From Rickettsiales bacterium (lineage in GTDB: Bacteria > Pseudomonadota > Alphaproteobacteria > Rs-D84), in the NCBI GenBank assembly GCA_031273075.1, contig JAISSM010000019.1, positions 1-35,151 on the forward strand: a stretch of 35,151 nt of DNA. Direction: 5' to 3'. Below the pieces are notes generated by a model. It saw only the letters and a list, made by a program, of their open reading frames with translations. It was not told the origin of the DNA and did no database searches. Shown one piece after another: positions 32,701 through 35,151 of this stretch (position 1 is its first letter; each line of letters begins with the position of its first letter). Made by a program: the position numbers and the translations under genes.

Positions 32701-32828
32701 TCCGTCGGGTCGCACGGAATTCCCGCCATTATGGGTGGTTTCCGCCCACTCATGTAATTATCCATACACTTCGGGGCGAAAACCACCTCATACTGTCGGT
32801 TTTCTGTGCGACCGTTTTTGTTTGACCC
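32701..32828 (-). repeat. intercistronic structured RNA element, type A full form (copy 6, tuf|rpsJ)
   Basis: Outer stem GGTCGCAC/GTGCGACC, compensatory relative to copy 3. A 14-bp middle stem and the apical core CACTCATGTAATTATCCATACACTTCGGGG are present. Confidence 0.8.
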
Positions 32829-32842
32829 TTTTTCTTTTACTT

Positions 32843-34030
32843 CTACTTTATCACTTTCGACACGACGCCGGATCCAACCGTGCGGCCGCCTTCGCGTATC
32901 GCGAAACGGCGTCCCGCGTCCATCGCGATCGGCGCGATAAGCTGAACCGTTATCTTAACGTTGTCCCCCGGAAGAACCATTTCCTTGCCCGCCGGAAGAG
33001 TGATCGTTCCGGTAACGTCGGTCGTCGAGAAATAGAACTGCGGACGATAGTTCGTGAAGAACGGCGTGTGACGCCCGCCCTCGTCCTTGGTCAGAATATA
33101 GACCTCGGCCTCGAACTCCGTGTGCGGGGTTATGGAACCCGGCTTGCAGACGATCTGCCCGCGCTCCACTTCCTCTTTTTTCGTTCCGCGAAGAAGCAGT
33201 CCGACATTGTCGCCCGCCTCGCCCTGATCCAAGAGTTTCCGGAACATCTCGACGCCGGTTATGACCGTCTTCTGCGTCGGACGCAGACCCACGATCTCGA
33301 CTTCGTCGTTGACATGCACGACGCCCGTGTCTATGCGGCCGGTGACAACGGTCCCGCGGCCGGTGATCGAGAACACGTCCTCGATGGCCATAAGGAACGG
33401 CTTGTCCGTCGGACGCTTCGGCGTCGGAATGAATTCGTCAAGCGCTTTCAAAAGCGCGTCGATCGACTCCTTGCCAAGCCCGTCCGATTTGCCTTCAAGC
33501 GCCGAAACCGCGGACCCGCGGATGATCGGGGCCTTCGCGCCGTCAAATCCGTTCGCGGTCAAAAGTTCGCGCACTTCCATTTCGACAAGGTCAAGCAATT
33601 CGGCGTCGGTCGCCAAATCGCATTTGTTCAGATACACGACTATGCTTCCGATGCCCACCTGACGGGCCAAAAGAACATGCTCGCGCGTTTGGGGCATAAG
33701 GCCGTCCGTCGCGGCGACGACCAATACCGCGCCGTCCATCTGGGCCGCGCCCGTGATCATGTTTTTGACATAGTCGGCGTGTCCGGGACAGTCGACGTGC
33801 GCATAGTGGCGCGCTTCGGTTTCATATTCGACGTGGGCGGTGTTGATCGTTATCCCGCGCGCCTTTTCCTCCGGCGCGTTGTCGATATCGTTGACGCCTT
33901 TGTTCCTGTCGCCCCCGACGCCGTAATAGTGAACTATCGCCGCGGTAAGAGTCGTCTTTCCATGATCGACGTGGCCTATCGTTCCGACGTTCACGTGCGG
34001 TTTCGACCGCACGAATTTTTCCTTTGCCAT
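32843..34030 (-). CDS. tuf: elongation factor Tu
   Basis: 395 aa. Motifs [18 protein letters not shown] and NKCD are present. Confidence 0.99.
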   Translation of the reverse strand: MAKEKFVRSKPHVNVGTIGHVDHGKTTLTAAIVHYYGVGGDRNKGVNDIDNAPEEKARGITINTAHVEYETEARHYAHVDCPGHADYVKNMITGAAQMDGAVLVVAATDGLMPQTREHVLLARQVGIGSIVVYLNKCDLATDAELLDLVEMEVRELLTANGFDGAKAPIIRGSAVSALEGKSDGLGKESIDALLKALDEFIPTPKRPTDKPFLMAIEDVFSITGRGTVVTGRIDTGVVHVNDEVEIVGLRPTQKTVITGVEMFRKLLDQGEAGDNVGLLLRGTKKEEVERGQIVCKPGSITPHTEFEAEVYILTKDEGGRHTPFFTNYRPQFYFSTTDVTGTITLPAGKEMVLPGDNVKITVQLIAPIAMDAGRRFAIREGGRTVGSGVVSKVIK

Positions 34031-34100
34031 AACCTTCTCCTTTTTATTTGGTTGTTATAATATTCACTTTTTTCTGATTTCAAGAATCTTTAACCTTGCT

Positions 34101-34128
34101 ATTATATATGCAAAAATCAAAAAGTCAA
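34101..34128 (-). promoter_or_regulatory. candidate internal sigma70 promoter for tuf
   Basis: In minus sense: TTGACT (34123-34128), 16-nt spacer, TATAAT (34101-34106), embedded in phased T/A tracts. Confidence 0.5.
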
Positions 34129-34178
34129 AAAATCAAAAACTTTTCTTGCGCCCGCCCCGACGCGGCCGTTCGCCGCCC

Positions 34179-35151
34179 TTACTTGGTCATCTTTTTCACG
34201 ACTTCGGCCGCGACGTTTTCCGGAACGTCCGCGTAATGCGACAGCTCCATATACGGGTTCGCGCGGCCCTGGGACAAACTGCGCAGAGTCTTCACATAGC
34301 CGAACAGGTTCGCAAGCGGAACGTTCGCGCTCACTAGCTGGTTCCCGAACTGGGAATCTATGCCGTTGATCTGCCCGCGGCGGCTGTTCAAGTCGCCGAT
34401 GATGTCGCCGACGTATTCCTCCGGCGTGTTGACCGAAAGCTTCATGATCGGCTCCATGATCTTCGGACCCGCTTTCTTTATGGCTTCGCGGAAACACGCG
34501 CGCGACGCGATCTCAAAGCAAAGAACGTTGGAATCGACTTCGTGGAATTTGCCGTCGATCAAGGTCGCCTTGAAATCCACGGTCGGATATCCGATAAGAA
34601 CGCCGGTCTCCTGCGCTATGCGAAGCCCTTTTTCGACGCCGGGAATATATTCCTTCGGAATCGCGCCGCCGACGATCTTGTTTTCGAACTCATACCCCTC
34701 GCCCGGGGCCTTCGGTTCGAACACGATTTTGACTTGGGCGTACTGGCCCGATCCGCCGGATTGTTTCTTGTGAGTATATTCCTCGGTCACCGTCTTGGTG
34801 AACGATTCCCTATACGCGATGCGCGGTTCTCCGACGTTGACCTCCACCTTGAATTCCCGAAGCAGCCTGTCGACAAGGATCTCAAGATGCAGTTCGCCCA
34901 CGCCCTGCAATATGGTCTGGCCCGATTCCTGATCGACCGAAACGCGGAACGACGGATCCTCTTTGGCCAAAGCCTGAAGCCCGAGCGACAATTTTTCGAT
35001 ATCGTTTTTCGTCTTCGGTTCCACGGCGATCGACATGACGGGCTCCGGAACGTGTATCTGGCCCAGAATTATCGGTTTTGATTCGTCGCAAAGGGTATCC
35101 CCGGTGATCGTTTCTTTAAGCCCGACCAAAGTTATGATGTCGCCGGCGGAC
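34179..35151 (-). CDS. fusA: elongation factor G, C-terminal part; 5' end lies outside the window
   Basis: Domains III-V are recognisable (...[31 protein letters not shown]...). The frame is open to the window edge. Confidence 0.97.
   Translation of the reverse strand, partial: SAGDIITLVGLKETITGDTLCDESKPIILGQIHVPEPVMSIAVEPKTKNDIEKLSLGLQALAKEDPSFRVSVDQESGQTILQGVGELHLEILVDRLLREFKVEVNVGEPRIAYRESFTKTVTEEYTHKKQSGGSGQYAQVKIVFEPKAPGEGYEFENKIVGGAIPKEYIPGVEKGLRIAQETGVLIGYPTVDFKATLIDGKFHEVDSNVLCFEIASRACFREAIKKAGPKIMEPIMKLSVNTPEEYVGDIIGDLNSRRGQINGIDSQFGNQLVSANVPLANLFGYVKTLRSLSQGRANPYMELSHYADVPENVAAEVVKKMTK

Noticed and set aside
19541-32828. Intercistronic elements considered as intrinsic terminators or attenuators, or as tRNA-like genes
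   Set aside because: No U-run follows any stem in the mRNA sense, and the downstream r-protein genes must be co-transcribed. There is no cloverleaf, no T-loop (GTTCRANYC) and no anticodon-arm geometry.

Overview
This 35.1-kb window is from a Gram-negative bacterium. Gene content and order look alphaproteobacterium-like: rpmI-rplT-pheST, lptD-surA, and an alpha operon without rpsD. That placement is inference from protein motifs only; no database search was run. From left to right, the window holds: (1) an unlisted secreted-protein gene running off the left edge; (2) pheT (interrupted by an in-frame TAA), pheS, rplT and rpmI on the minus strand; (3) two AT-rich orphan genes, each with its own near-consensus promoter; (4) mltA, then secB on the plus strand; (5) surA-like, lptD and an lptF/G-family permease on the minus strand; (6) nusA-infB on the plus strand; (7) a Cys-rich secreted orphan, a candidate structured ncRNA and a small orphan ORF; (8) the nearly complete fusA-tuf-S10-spc-alpha ribosomal supercluster on the minus strand, ending in rplQ-secG. 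The core genes are ordinary. The unusual features are these. (a) Six copies of a modular, highly structured intercistronic RNA element punctuate the ribosomal cluster, and their G.U wobble pairs only work in the mRNA sense. (b) Four AT-rich orphan cistrons are wedged with 1-16 nt gaps into normally empty r-protein junctions. (c) rplN and rpsQ are swapped relative to the universal order. (d) Several heptanucleotide tandem arrays (GAATGAA, TAGCANN, GGGATTC) are combined with GC-rich mini-hairpins; some are read in frame, inside pheT and as the hydrophobic core of the LptD and SurA-like signal peptides. (e) A roughly 230-nt multi-helix RNA candidate has its own promoter and intrinsic terminator. 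All long plus-strand ORFs opposite the ribosomal genes, and similar antisense ORFs elsewhere, are Arg-rich shadows and were rejected.
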